Below are positions 40,458-49,270 of a stretch of 64,000 nt of DNA, piece after piece. Numbering within the stretch: the first letter of the stretch is position 1; every line of letters begins with the position of its first letter. The DNA comes from Gemmatimonadota bacterium (GTDB taxonomy: Bacteria > Gemmatimonadota > Gemmatimonadetes > Longimicrobiales > Gaopeijiaceae), in assembly GCA_034521595.1 (NCBI GenBank), contig JAXHMG010000003.1, forward strand, positions 1,184,001 to 1,248,000. Direction: 5' to 3'. The translations under genes were made by a program, and so were the position numbers. Below the pieces are notes generated by a model. The model was given only the letters and a program-made list of their open reading frames with translations, was not told the DNA's origin and made no database searches.

Positions 40458-42284
40458 TCACGATCCCAGGTAGGTCAGAATCCGAGAAGCCAGCGCTTCC
40501 GACACCCCGGGAACGCGAGCGACTTCTTCACGACTCGCCTCCCGCACACCCCGCACGGAGCCGAACCGTCTCAGGAGCTCCGCTTGCCGCTTCGGTCCTA
40601 CACCCGGGATCTCCGCGAGATCGCTCCTGAGCGTACGCTTGGTCCGTAGCTTCCGGTTGTACCGGACCGCGAAGCGATGGGCTTCGTCACGGAGCCGCTG
40701 CAGCACGTGCAGCGCCCGGTCCCTGCGGTGCAACCTCACGGGATCGGTACGCCCGGGCAGGTGCACTTCCTCCTCCCGCTTGGCCAGGGCCACGGCGGCG
40801 ACCTCCGACATGCCGAGTTCCCGTAGGGCCTCCGTGGCCGCGTTGAGCTGGCCCTTGCCTCCGTCGATCACCACGAGGTCCGGGATGGGCTCCTCACGGT
40901 CGAGGCACCGTGAGAAATACCGGCTGACGGCCTCGTGCATGGAGCGCACGTCATCGTTTCCCCACGCACCCCGGATGCGCATGTGTCGATACCTGGCACG
41001 CTTGGGCTCACCGTTCTCGAACACGACGGCGCTCGCCACCGTTTCCGTGCCCTGAATGTGCGAGACGTCGAAACACACCATCAACCGGGGGACGACCTTC
41101 AGATCCAGCTCGTCCTGGAGGCTGAACAACGCGTCATCCGCGCGATCCGCCGCATAGGCGAGCGCCGTCACCCGGTCTTCGAGGAGCTGACGCGCGTTGT
41201 GGGCCGCGAGCTCGACGAGTCGGAGCTTTTCCCCACGGAGAGGCACACGAACTCGAACGCCCCGCCCCGCGGCTTCGGAGAGCGCTTCTTCCAGAACCGC
41301 CCGATCCGGAAACTCCGCGGGCAAGAGGATCTCCTTGGGCAAGTCGACCAGGGCCGCCGTCCCTCGGCTCAGATAGTACCGGGACAGCAACGACCCCAAG
41401 AGATCCTCGTCGGCGTCGGCTTCCACGTCTCCGAACCGTTGGTCCTCCCTCCCCAGGAGCATCCCTCCTCGGATACGCAGAACAGCGCCGGCGCCGAGCG
41501 CACCGTCCCGAGCGAGCCCGACCACGTCGAGGTCCCCTCCACGCTCACGCTGCACGAGCTGTTCCCGAGCGATCGTATCGAGGCCGCTCAGGACGTCTCG
41601 CAGCTTGGCCGCCTGCTCGAACTCCAGGTTGTGGGACGCTTCCCGCATGCGCCCTTCGACCTCTTCCCGGAGCTCTTCGGTGTCCCCCTCGAGAATGCGC
41701 ACGATCTCGTCGATCATCGCGCGGTACTCGTCTTCGGACTGAAGGCCCACGCAGGGCGCCTTGCACCGTCCGATGTGATAGTCCAGGCAAGGACGATCGG
41801 GGGCCTCGCGCGGTAGGTCGTACCGACACGACCGCACCGTGTGGAGACGCTTGATCACCTCGAGCGCCTCTCGCATCGGGCCCACGGAGGTGAACGGGCC
41901 GAAGTAACGGCCGCCGTCGTTCACGACCTTCCGGGTCACGTACACCCTGGGAAAGGGCTCCTGAACGGTCACCTTGATGTAGGGGTACCGCTTGTCGTCC
42001 CGCAGGAGGATGTTGAACCGCGGCCGGTGCTCCTTGATCAGGTTCGCTTCCAGAATGAGCGCTTCGGGCTCCGACCCCACGACGATCGTGTCGAGTCCGT
42101 CCACGGACTTCACGAGCTCGCGGTTTTTGGCGCTGAGGTCGGTGGACCGCTGGAAGTAGCTCCGGACCCGAGCGCGGAGCGACTTGGCCTTCCCGACGTA
42201 CAGCACTCGCCCGCGTGCGTCCTTGAACAGGTACACGCCAGGCTTCTCGGAAAGACGGGCGAGCTCTTCTCGCTCGATCGACAT
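40458..42284 (-). CDS. uvrC: Excinuclease ABC subunit C
   Basis: PGVYLFKD...YVGKAKSLRARVRSYF, CFDVSH, IDGGKGQL, RDEAHRFA, HhH motif. Confidence 0.98.
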   Translation of the reverse strand: MSIEREELARLSEKPGVYLFKDARGRVLYVGKAKSLRARVRSYFQRSTDLSAKNRELVKSVDGLDTIVVGSEPEALILEANLIKEHRPRFNILLRDDKRYPYIKVTVQEPFPRVYVTRKVVNDGGRYFGPFTSVGPMREALEVIKRLHTVRSCRYDLPREAPDRPCLDYHIGRCKAPCVGLQSEDEYRAMIDEIVRILEGDTEELREEVEGRMREASHNLEFEQAAKLRDVLSGLDTIAREQLVQRERGGDLDVVGLARDGALGAGAVLRIRGGMLLGREDQRFGDVEADADEDLLGSLLSRYYLSRGTAALVDLPKEILLPAEFPDRAVLEEALSEAAGRGVRVRVPLRGEKLRLVELAAHNARQLLEDRVTALAYAADRADDALFSLQDELDLKVVPRLMVCFDVSHIQGTETVASAVVFENGEPKRARYRHMRIRGAWGNDDVRSMHEAVSRYFSRCLDREEPIPDLVVIDGGKGQLNAATEALRELGMSEVAAVALAKREEEVHLPGRTDPVRLHRRDRALHVLQRLRDEAHRFAVRYNRKLRTKRTLRSDLAEIPGVGPKRQAELLRRFGSVRGVREASREEVARVPGVSEALASRILTYLGS

Positions 42285-42287
42285 CTC

Positions 42288-43868
42288 CTACCCCCGCGCT
42301 CCGTTCGATCCGGGATGCCGACCTTCGACGGCCCAGACGATGGCCATGTACGCCAGTCCGGCCGGGACCAGGGTGGCAGCGGCGGCGAGAACGGGATGCC
42401 AGCCCCCGACCCATCCCTGGAGCGCCGCGGCCACGGCCGCTGCGATCGCGGCGGCGAAAGCGAAGCCGACCACGGGACCCGTGCCCGGGCCATGCGTCCC
42501 CACGCGTGCTCCGAGCGAACGGCGCAAGAGAACGTATTCCAGCCAGGCCCCGACGCTCGCGCCCAGCGCGAGCCCGGCGGCGCCCAGCCGGAGGCTCTCG
42601 AAGCCCAGCCGATCGAGGGGAATCATCAGGACCACTCCCGTTACGGTCGAGACCAGAACGCGCACGTACGCGATGCGCGCCGGCGTCCTGGCGTCCCGGA
42701 GCGCATAGAACGCGGAGGACAAGAGCCTCGAGCCCGCCGACGCCGGCAGCCCCAGTGCATACCCCGCGAGCACGGCCCAGGTCACGAGGGTTTCGGGCGC
42801 ACCGAAGGCTCCGGTCTGATAGAGCGCGGCGACGACGACGTCCCCCATCGTCACGTAGAGGACGACGGACGGCACCAGGAAATACGAGACACGGACGAGC
42901 GCGGACGAAACACGGTCCGCCACGACCCGTTGCGCCTCTCCCCGCATTCGAGAGAGCTCGGGAAGCTCCGACGCCGCGATGCTCATGCCGAATAAAGAGA
43001 TCGGGAGCATGTAGAACGTCTGCGCGTATCCGAGGACGGCCACGGCGCCCCCCGTCAGACGACCCGCCAGGATCAGGTCGATCCACCCGCTCACATTCAC
43101 CACTCCGCGCGCGGCAACCACCGGCACGAAATTCCGAACTGCTTCCGGCACGCCCTTCACGCTCCAACGGACCGACGGCACGAATCCCTTCAGGTGCCGG
43201 AAGAGGAAGGGCACCTGCCACCCGAGTTGGAGACCTCCGCCGGCCAACGCCCCCCACGCCAACGCCACGACCAGATCCTCGCCTTCGAGCCCGAACGCGA
43301 CGGCACCTCCCACCATTGCCGTGATCATCGCGACGTTCCAGAACGCTGGAGCCACGTAGGAAACGAAGAACCTCCGATGGCTGTTGAGAATGCCCAGCGC
43401 CCACGCGGAAAGCACGAGGATCCCGGTCATCGGGAAGAGGATACGAACGAGCGTGGTCGTGAGCGTTTGCTTCGCCGGATCCCACGTCGGGAAGAACAGG
43501 GAGACGATCGCCGGGGCGAGCGTCCAGCCGACCAAGACCGCGCTCGCGGCCACGACGGTCAGAATCCCCAGCGCGGCACCGGCGAATCGGCCGGCTTCAG
43601 CCTCCCTCCCCTGCTCGACCATCTCCGAATAAACCGGAACGAGCGAAGCGGACAGCGTGCCTTCTCCGAGGAGGTTTTGCACCACGTTCGGAGTCCGTAA
43701 CGCGGCCCGCCACGCGTCGGCGAAGTCGCTCGATCCGAAGTAGTACGCGAACGCCCGGTCCCGGACGAGCCCGAGGACGCGACTGACGAAGATGCCGCCC
43801 GCGACCCTGTTCGCCCCACGCCCTTCCGTCGACGCGGTGCCCCGCCCCTCCCTACGCTCCGTCGTCAC
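42288..43868 (-). CDS. murJ: Lipid II flippase MurJ
   Basis: SRVLGLVRD, ADAWRAALRTPN..LGEGTLSA, LPISLFG, FYALRDARTP. Start at GTG 43868 is inferred. Confidence 0.93.
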   Translation of the reverse strand: MTTERREGRGTASTEGRGANRVAGGIFVSRVLGLVRDRAFAYYFGSSDFADAWRAALRTPNVVQNLLGEGTLSASLVPVYSEMVEQGREAEAGRFAGAALGILTVVAASAVLVGWTLAPAIVSLFFPTWDPAKQTLTTTLVRILFPMTGILVLSAWALGILNSHRRFFVSYVAPAFWNVAMITAMVGGAVAFGLEGEDLVVALAWGALAGGGLQLGWQVPFLFRHLKGFVPSVRWSVKGVPEAVRNFVPVVAARGVVNVSGWIDLILAGRLTGGAVAVLGYAQTFYMLPISLFGMSIAASELPELSRMRGEAQRVVADRVSSALVRVSYFLVPSVVLYVTMGDVVVAALYQTGAFGAPETLVTWAVLAGYALGLPASAGSRLLSSAFYALRDARTPARIAYVRVLVSTVTGVVLMIPLDRLGFESLRLGAAGLALGASVGAWLEYVLLRRSLGARVGTHGPGTGPVVGFAFAAAIAAAVAAALQGWVGGWHPVLAAAATLVPAGLAYMAIVWAVEGRHPGSNGARG

Positions 43869-44136
43869 CTGGCGAGAGCTTCCGCTCGTCTCCGCGGTCC
43901 CGGTCATCGAGGAGTTGCTGGAGAAACCGGCTCTCCTCGTCCAGGCGCTCGACCTCGGCCGCGAGGCGCTCGACCTCACCTTCGAGGTACGCGAGACGGT
44001 CGGTGTCGACGTGCGAACCGCGTGGGACGTCCCGGCCCTCGAGTCGGGACGCCAGGGCACGCCCGACTTGGGAATCGAGCACGATGGCCAGGAGCGGGAT
44101 CAAGACGACGAGAACCAGGATCAGCTGGAGAAACAT
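43852..44136 (-). CDS. Small membrane-anchored coiled-coil protein
   Basis: N-terminal TM (FLQLILVLVVLIPLLAIVLDS), then coiled coil (RLAYLEGEVERLAAEVERLDEE). Confidence 0.7.
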   Translation of the reverse strand: MFLQLILVLVVLIPLLAIVLDSQVGRALASRLEGRDVPRGSHVDTDRLAYLEGEVERLAAEVERLDEESRFLQQLLDDRDRGDERKLSPGDDGA

Positions 44137-44142
44137 GCGCCG

Positions 44143-44171
44143 AAGTTGACGATGCGGACGACCGAAGACAA
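44143..44171 (-). promoter_or_regulatory. Putative promoter giving a leaderless transcript for 44136-murJ-uvrC
   Basis: TTGTCT-N17-CAACTT, 6 nt before ATG 44136. Confidence 0.4.
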
Positions 44172-44215
44172 CTGACACGGACCTTCGGGTCGTCCCCACC
44201 GCGGCCCGTCTCCAC

Positions 44216-45838
44216 TCATGACAGCTCGACCCCGAACCGGTCGTGAAGCGCGTCGAGATACCCAGGACCGTATCTCGCCAGATAATAGAAAGGGTTATGG
44301 ACGCGTTCCGCGGGCTGTCCGTGCGGATACAGATGGACCCGCGCCTTCTCGAGCTGCGTGAGGGTAATCTCGGATTCGCGCTTGACCGCCTGGGTGATCT
44401 TCCGCTCGACGTCGTCGAGAGCGGCGAACGACTGGCTCCGCACGTGCTGCACGGGTCCCTTCAGAGTCGGATCGAGCGGCCGGGTGGCGTCCTGGAGATC
44501 AGACACGCCACGCGCGATCTCACCCCTCAGCTTCCCCAACGCGGCTCGCACGTCCTCGGGCATCTCCTCGCGGGCGATGTCTCCGACCAAGTCGTGGAAT
44601 GGTCGGCGGAGCTGCTCGATGTCGAGGTCGAACTTGTCGAGCACCTTCCGTACCTTCGTCTCGACGGTCGTCGCCGACCACCTGGGAAACACCACGGGCA
44701 TCCGGATGCCATGGGCCTCGAAATACGCTCCGAGCTGGCCGAGATAGGCCATCTCCCCCGGGCCACCGACGTAGGCGAGCGTCGGAAAAACGTGACTTTC
44801 GACCACGGGGCGGAGCAGGACGTTCGGGCTGAGCACCTTGGGATCTTGCTCGAACCGGGTGCGGATCTCGTCGGCGGTGATCGACGTCCCCGACGTCCGC
44901 ATCCTGTAGGCGCCGTCGTCCCGGTAGAGGCGCTCCCGGCCGGCGGGGCCCTCGATGAAGAGATTCACCCCATGCTCCAGGATCGGCACCTGCAAGGCGT
45001 ACCCGGCTTCTTGCAGCCCGTCCGCCGTGTCCGAGAGAATCGTCTCGAGTTCGCCGGCCCGTTCCAGCTCGTCAAGCAGAAGGGGTCCCGATGCGCGCTT
45101 CACGACGGGATGCGCCGCGTCGGTTAAATAGAGTCCGAAACGGCCGAGCAAGTCCCGCAGCGTATCGCCATACGCCTCGGGCATCGTCGACTCGGGGGTG
45201 AAGTGGCCCCGAAGCAGCTCGACGAGCTCGGGTGTGAACTCCGTGTCCGGAAGACGGTCGACGAATGCGTCCAACCGCTCCCGCACGGACGCTCCGAGCT
45301 GAATCCGATGAAGCGGTGGCGAGACGCTCGGGTCGGGATCCTCGAGCTCGATCCGATGCAGCTCGTTGTCCGTGCCGACGATGTCGACATGGTTCGCCTC
45401 GGCCCAATCGTGGTCGTCGGAAGCGATCCAGAACACCGGCAGGACCGGACAGCCGAGCCGCGCCTCCAACGTCTCCGCCAGTCGAACCGTGGTAAGCGCC
45501 TTGTGCACACCGTACAGTGGACCGCCGAAAAGGCCCGGTTGTTGGCCGGTCGTCACGACGAAGCCGCCTTCCTCCACGAACCGGTTCAGGCGCTCGGGAT
45601 CGGCTCCCTCCGGCGAGGTCATCGCTTCCGCGGCGCGCGCGCGCGCATCGCGGTCGAACCGCTTCGCCACTTCCTCGGCCTTCTCCTCGAACGTGGAGAG
45701 GCGCTCGAATCCCGTTCCGAGAAAAGCGGCGGCCGCCCCCTCTCCCCCGACATAATCTCGAACGAGGTCGGCCCCGTCCGGCCGACGGACGGAGATCTCG
45801 AGGTCCGGAACGTTCTCCACGATGGTGCTCTTCTGCAT
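44216..45838 (-). CDS. bshC: Bacillithiol biosynthesis cysteine-adding enzyme BshC
   Basis: VVTTGQQPGLFGGPLY, PVFWIASDDHDWAE, SPNVLLRPVV, YVGGPGEMAY, ERVHN. Confidence 0.9.
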   Translation of the reverse strand: MQKSTIVENVPDLEISVRRPDGADLVRDYVGGEGAAAAFLGTGFERLSTFEEKAEEVAKRFDRDARARAAEAMTSPEGADPERLNRFVEEGGFVVTTGQQPGLFGGPLYGVHKALTTVRLAETLEARLGCPVLPVFWIASDDHDWAEANHVDIVGTDNELHRIELEDPDPSVSPPLHRIQLGASVRERLDAFVDRLPDTEFTPELVELLRGHFTPESTMPEAYGDTLRDLLGRFGLYLTDAAHPVVKRASGPLLLDELERAGELETILSDTADGLQEAGYALQVPILEHGVNLFIEGPAGRERLYRDDGAYRMRTSGTSITADEIRTRFEQDPKVLSPNVLLRPVVESHVFPTLAYVGGPGEMAYLGQLGAYFEAHGIRMPVVFPRWSATTVETKVRKVLDKFDLDIEQLRRPFHDLVGDIAREEMPEDVRAALGKLRGEIARGVSDLQDATRPLDPTLKGPVQHVRSQSFAALDDVERKITQAVKRESEITLTQLEKARVHLYPHGQPAERVHNPFYYLARYGPGYLDALHDRFGVELS

Positions 45839-45842
45839 GCGA

Positions 45843-46313
45843 TCAGCCTTTGTGATAGGGCTCTCCGCGCGCGATGGTGCCGGCCCGATAGAGCTGTTCG
45901 GCGAGCAACAGTCTCGCCATGTCGTGTGGCAAAGTCATGGGTGACAGCGAAAGCCGACGACTCGCGCGTGAGAGGACGGCCGGAGACAGACCGAACGCGC
46001 CACCGATCACGAACGCCACGCCGGGGCGTGCGTCGAGCGCGAGACGCCGAAGGTATCGACTCAAGCCCGACGAGGTCATGCCCTTGCCCTCACGGGTGAG
46101 CGCGACGACATCGGCCCCTTCCGGTAGCCGAGCGAGGATGCGCTCCCCTTCCGTTTCGCGAACCCGGTCGGGGTCGGCACGGCCCCCTTTCACGCCTTCG
46201 TCGACTTCCACCACGTCGAGCTTCCAATAGCGGCCGGCCCGTGCCTCGAACTCTCGCACGGGTGACGCCAGGACACCCCGCACTCTTCCGACCAGGACGA
46301 TTCGGACGTTCAC
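45843..46313 (-). CDS. rlmH: 23S rRNA m3Psi1915 methyltransferase
   Basis: EGERIL, GKGMTS, FVIGGAFGL, LSLSPMTLPH, EQLYRA..I..GEPYHK. Confidence 0.95.
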   Translation of the reverse strand: MNVRIVLVGRVRGVLASPVREFEARAGRYWKLDVVEVDEGVKGGRADPDRVRETEGERILARLPEGADVVALTREGKGMTSSGLSRYLRRLALDARPGVAFVIGGAFGLSPAVLSRASRRLSLSPMTLPHDMARLLLAEQLYRAGTIARGEPYHKG

Positions 46314-47338
46314 GAACCCCCTCCGTCTCCCACGACACGGTCCAGCAGGTCCTCCACGCGATCGGCGCCCCAATCCCAGCTCAGCTGCGACGTCAGCACG
46401 CGCGCCGAGGTCGGAATGCGCCCCCACCCGACGAGCTTCACCGCGTCCTTCTCGGTCATCACGATTGTTCGCCCGTCTTCGTCCGCGATCGCGGCCACGC
46501 GCTCCACATCCTCGCTCGTGTACTCGTGATGATCCGGGAATTCACAAAGACGGACATCGGTTCCCTCGGGCAGGGCGACGCCCACGTCGGCAAGGAACGT
46601 ATGCGGACGCGCGATGCCCGTCACCGCCAGGATCGGTCCTTCGGGTGCTACCGCTTCCTGACCCGCGAGGTCGAGCCACCGCCCGGGAGCGAGCGCCAGA
46701 CACCCCACCACCACCCCCGGTGCCACGGCCTCGACACGCGCGGCGAAGTGCTCCGCCTCCGAGCGATCGGCGATGCGGCGGGTCAGCACGACGGCGTCGG
46801 CCCGCCGGAGTTGGGTCGCGGGCTCGCGATAGGGACCGCGAGGCAAGATCCGACCCGGGAACCGTTGCTCGACGGCCAGAAGGACGAGGTCGAGATCCCG
46901 GGCGAGCGCTCTGTGCTGGAACCCGTCATCCAGGACCACGACGCCGGCTCCGCCGGCGCGTGCGCGACGGACCCCGGCGATCCGATCTCGCTCACCGTAC
47001 ACCGCCACGCGTGGATTCCAGCGCTGGTGCAGCAGGAGCTCGTCGTTCCCGTAGCCGCTCGTGAGAACCGCGCACTCGTGGCCCCTTGCGACGAATCGAC
47101 GCGCGATCCATGCGGTCAGCGGTGTCTTGCCGGTCCCTCCGACCGCGAGGTTGCCGATCCCCACCACGGACACTCCAGGGACCGACACGCCCGTTCGTCG
47201 ATCGTGTAGGTAGTTGCGAACAGCCATGGCTCCCGCCCAGACCCAGGAAAGCGGCACGGTGACACATTTCACCATGGCGGTGTCCCACCCCGACCTGTCC
47301 CGCCACGACCGCTCGACCACGGCACGCAACCACTTCAC
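46310..47338 (-). CDS. lpxK: Tetraacyldisaccharide 4'-kinase
   Basis: GNLAVGGTGKTP, SGYG.DE, LDDGFQHRALARDLD, LPRGPYRE, FPDHH, TEKDAVK. Confidence 0.93.
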   Translation of the reverse strand: MKWLRAVVERSWRDRSGWDTAMVKCVTVPLSWVWAGAMAVRNYLHDRRTGVSVPGVSVVGIGNLAVGGTGKTPLTAWIARRFVARGHECAVLTSGYGNDELLLHQRWNPRVAVYGERDRIAGVRRARAGGAGVVVLDDGFQHRALARDLDLVLLAVEQRFPGRILPRGPYREPATQLRRADAVVLTRRIADRSEAEHFAARVEAVAPGVVVGCLALAPGRWLDLAGQEAVAPEGPILAVTGIARPHTFLADVGVALPEGTDVRLCEFPDHHEYTSEDVERVAAIADEDGRTIVMTEKDAVKLVGWGRIPTSARVLTSQLSWDWGADRVEDLLDRVVGDGGGS

Positions 47339-48003
47339 GAGCCACGCTCTTCGGAGGGCTCCCGGCCCGCCGGGCTCAGGCGCGCGGTGCATTCGTTCAA
47401 CGCACGACCGATCTCCTCCGCGATCCGCTCCAGGTCACCTCGTGCGGCATCTCGGGGTACGAACCGCGGCGGCAGGTATTCGATGGAGATCCTGGAACCA
47501 GGCTTCGGCACGAGAAATCCGTCCCAGCTACCGACCCGCCACGCAGACGACGCCCCCATGGCGATAGGTATCACCGGCGCCCCGGTGAGTCGGGCAACCG
47601 CGAGCGCGCCGGGCTTGAAGACCCCGGCCGGTCCACGTGGGCCGTCCGGGGTCAGCGCCAGGTCGTGTCCAGCCTTCGCCGCGCGCAACAATCCCCTGAG
47701 GCCTTTCGTGCCGCCCCGCGTGCTCGACCCCCGCACGGTCGAGAAACCGAGCCGCTCCATCACACGAGTGATGTATTCCCCGTCCCCGTGCTCGCTCACC
47801 AACACCACGATGCCTTGACGCCGATGGACGTGGACGAGCGGGAGCAGTTGTCCATGCCACGTCACGAAAACCACCGGACGGTCCGTGGAGCGGAAACGCT
47901 CGTAGTGCTCGACACCGGATCGCCGCACGGTCGTCGTCAGGAAGAGCGCTCCGAGGACTCGGGCCCCCACCAACCCCGCCGCCTCGTATTTCAGATCGCT
48001 CAC
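47335..48003 (-). CDS. DUF374 lysophospholipid-acyltransferase-superfamily protein
   Basis: WHGQL, LVSEHGDGE, VRGSSTRGG, TPDGPRGP, SWDGFLVPKP. Confidence 0.88.
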   Translation of the reverse strand: MSDLKYEAAGLVGARVLGALFLTTTVRRSGVEHYERFRSTDRPVVFVTWHGQLLPLVHVHRRQGIVVLVSEHGDGEYITRVMERLGFSTVRGSSTRGGTKGLRGLLRAAKAGHDLALTPDGPRGPAGVFKPGALAVARLTGAPVIPIAMGASSAWRVGSWDGFLVPKPGSRISIEYLPPRFVPRDAARGDLERIAEEIGRALNECTARLSPAGREPSEERGS

Positions 48004-49139
48004 GCCGGCCCCACGAGCAATCTCTCCGCCAGGGCCGCAACCCGGTCCGATGCTCCGGGCTCACCCAACGCCTCGCGAACCCCGGCGAGCCCTTCGAGCT
48101 GTCTTCGTCGCGCGGGATCTCGGTGGTCGAGCAGGGGCGCGACGGCGTTCGCGAGCGCCCCGGGCGTCACGTCGTCCTGCAAGAGCTCAGGAACGACCCG
48201 TGCGCCGGCGACCAGATTCGCCAGCGCGATGTGATCGACCCGGATCACCCTCCGAGCGATCGCCCAGGTGATCTTGCTGGTCCGGTAGGCCACTACAAAC
48301 GGAGTGCCCTCGAGCGCGGCCTCCAGCGTGGACGTCCCCGATTTCACGATCCCCGCGGACGAGTGTCGGAGCAGGCCACGCGCGTCGTCCACCAACGGAT
48401 AAGGGACCCCATCGTACAACGAGGGTGATAGGCTCGAACTCCGGGCTATCGCGGGACGAACCTCCACGCCTCGGGACTTCAGCATCTCCGCAGCTCCCAC
48501 GAAGGCGTCCAGGTGGCGTTCCACTTCCTGGGCGCGGGAGCCGGGCAAAAGCGCCAGGATCGGCTCATTTTCCAGCCCCCACCGTCGCCTGAAGGAGGGC
48601 TCGTCCTCCACGTCGTCCGGGCGCTCCAGCAGCGGGTGCCCGACGAACGTCGCACGCGCGCCGGCCTGTTGGAGCATCGGGACCTCGAACGGAAGGATGA
48701 CCGCGACGTGCCGGGTGGTTTCGGCCAGCGCACGGGCGCGACCGGCACGCCAGGCCCAAACTTGGGGCGCGATATAGTACAGGACCGGGATGCCCAACTC
48801 GTGGGCGGACCGCGACGCCCGCATGTTGAACCCCGGGTAGTCGATCGGAATGACCAGATCGACTCCAGCCTCGTGGAGGTGCTCCTTCAGCTCCCGCTCG
48901 AGCCGCCGGAAAAAGCCCAGGCGGCGAACCACCTCGGCGAACCCCATCACCGCCAGGTCGTCGAGGCCGGCGAGCAGTTGCACTCCCTCGGCCCGCATGA
49001 GCGGCCCGCCGAGCCCGGACAAGCGCGCATCGGGAAAGCGATGCCGGAGGGAGCGTGCCAACGCCGCGCCGTGGTGGTCTCCGGAGGGCTCACCAGCCAG
49101 GAGCGCGATGCTCGGCCATCCCGTGGAGGGGTCGCTCAG
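48000..49139 (-). CDS. lpxB: Lipid-A-disaccharide synthase
   Basis: AGEPSGD, GLGGPLM, VMGFAEV, IDYPGFN, YIAPQVWAWR, LLPGSR, KSGTSTLE. The N-terminus extends beyond the ORF track to a CTG at 49139. Confidence 0.93.
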   Translation of the reverse strand: MSDPSTGWPSIALLAGEPSGDHHGAALARSLRHRFPDARLSGLGGPLMRAEGVQLLAGLDDLAVMGFAEVVRRLGFFRRLERELKEHLHEAGVDLVIPIDYPGFNMRASRSAHELGIPVLYYIAPQVWAWRAGRARALAETTRHVAVILPFEVPMLQQAGARATFVGHPLLERPDDVEDEPSFRRRWGLENEPILALLPGSRAQEVERHLDAFVGAAEMLKSRGVEVRPAIARSSSLSPSLYDGVPYPLVDDARGLLRHSSAGIVKSGTSTLEAALEGTPFVVAYRTSKITWAIARRVIRVDHIALANLVAGARVVPELLQDDVTPGALANAVAPLLDHRDPARRRQLEGLAGVREALGEPGASDRVAALAERLLVGPA

Positions 49140-49270
49140 AAGCGCCAGCCCAGGTACCAGATGACGAGCACGGTAATGAGGAGGAGAGCGCCCAACCGAC
49201 CTGCGGACATCCCCTTACGGGCGTCGACCCACTCCTTCTTCCGCCTACGGCGTACGCGCATCAATGACAT
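49136..49270 (-). CDS. 44-aa basic, single-TM micro-protein (not in the ORF track)
   Basis: MSLMRVRRRRKKEWVDARKGMSAGRLGALLLITVLVIWYLGWRF-stop; fills the gap between the oxidoreductase and lpxB and overlaps both. Confidence 0.6.
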   Translation of the reverse strand: MSLMRVRRRRKKEWVDARKGMSAGRLGALLLITVLVIWYLGWRF

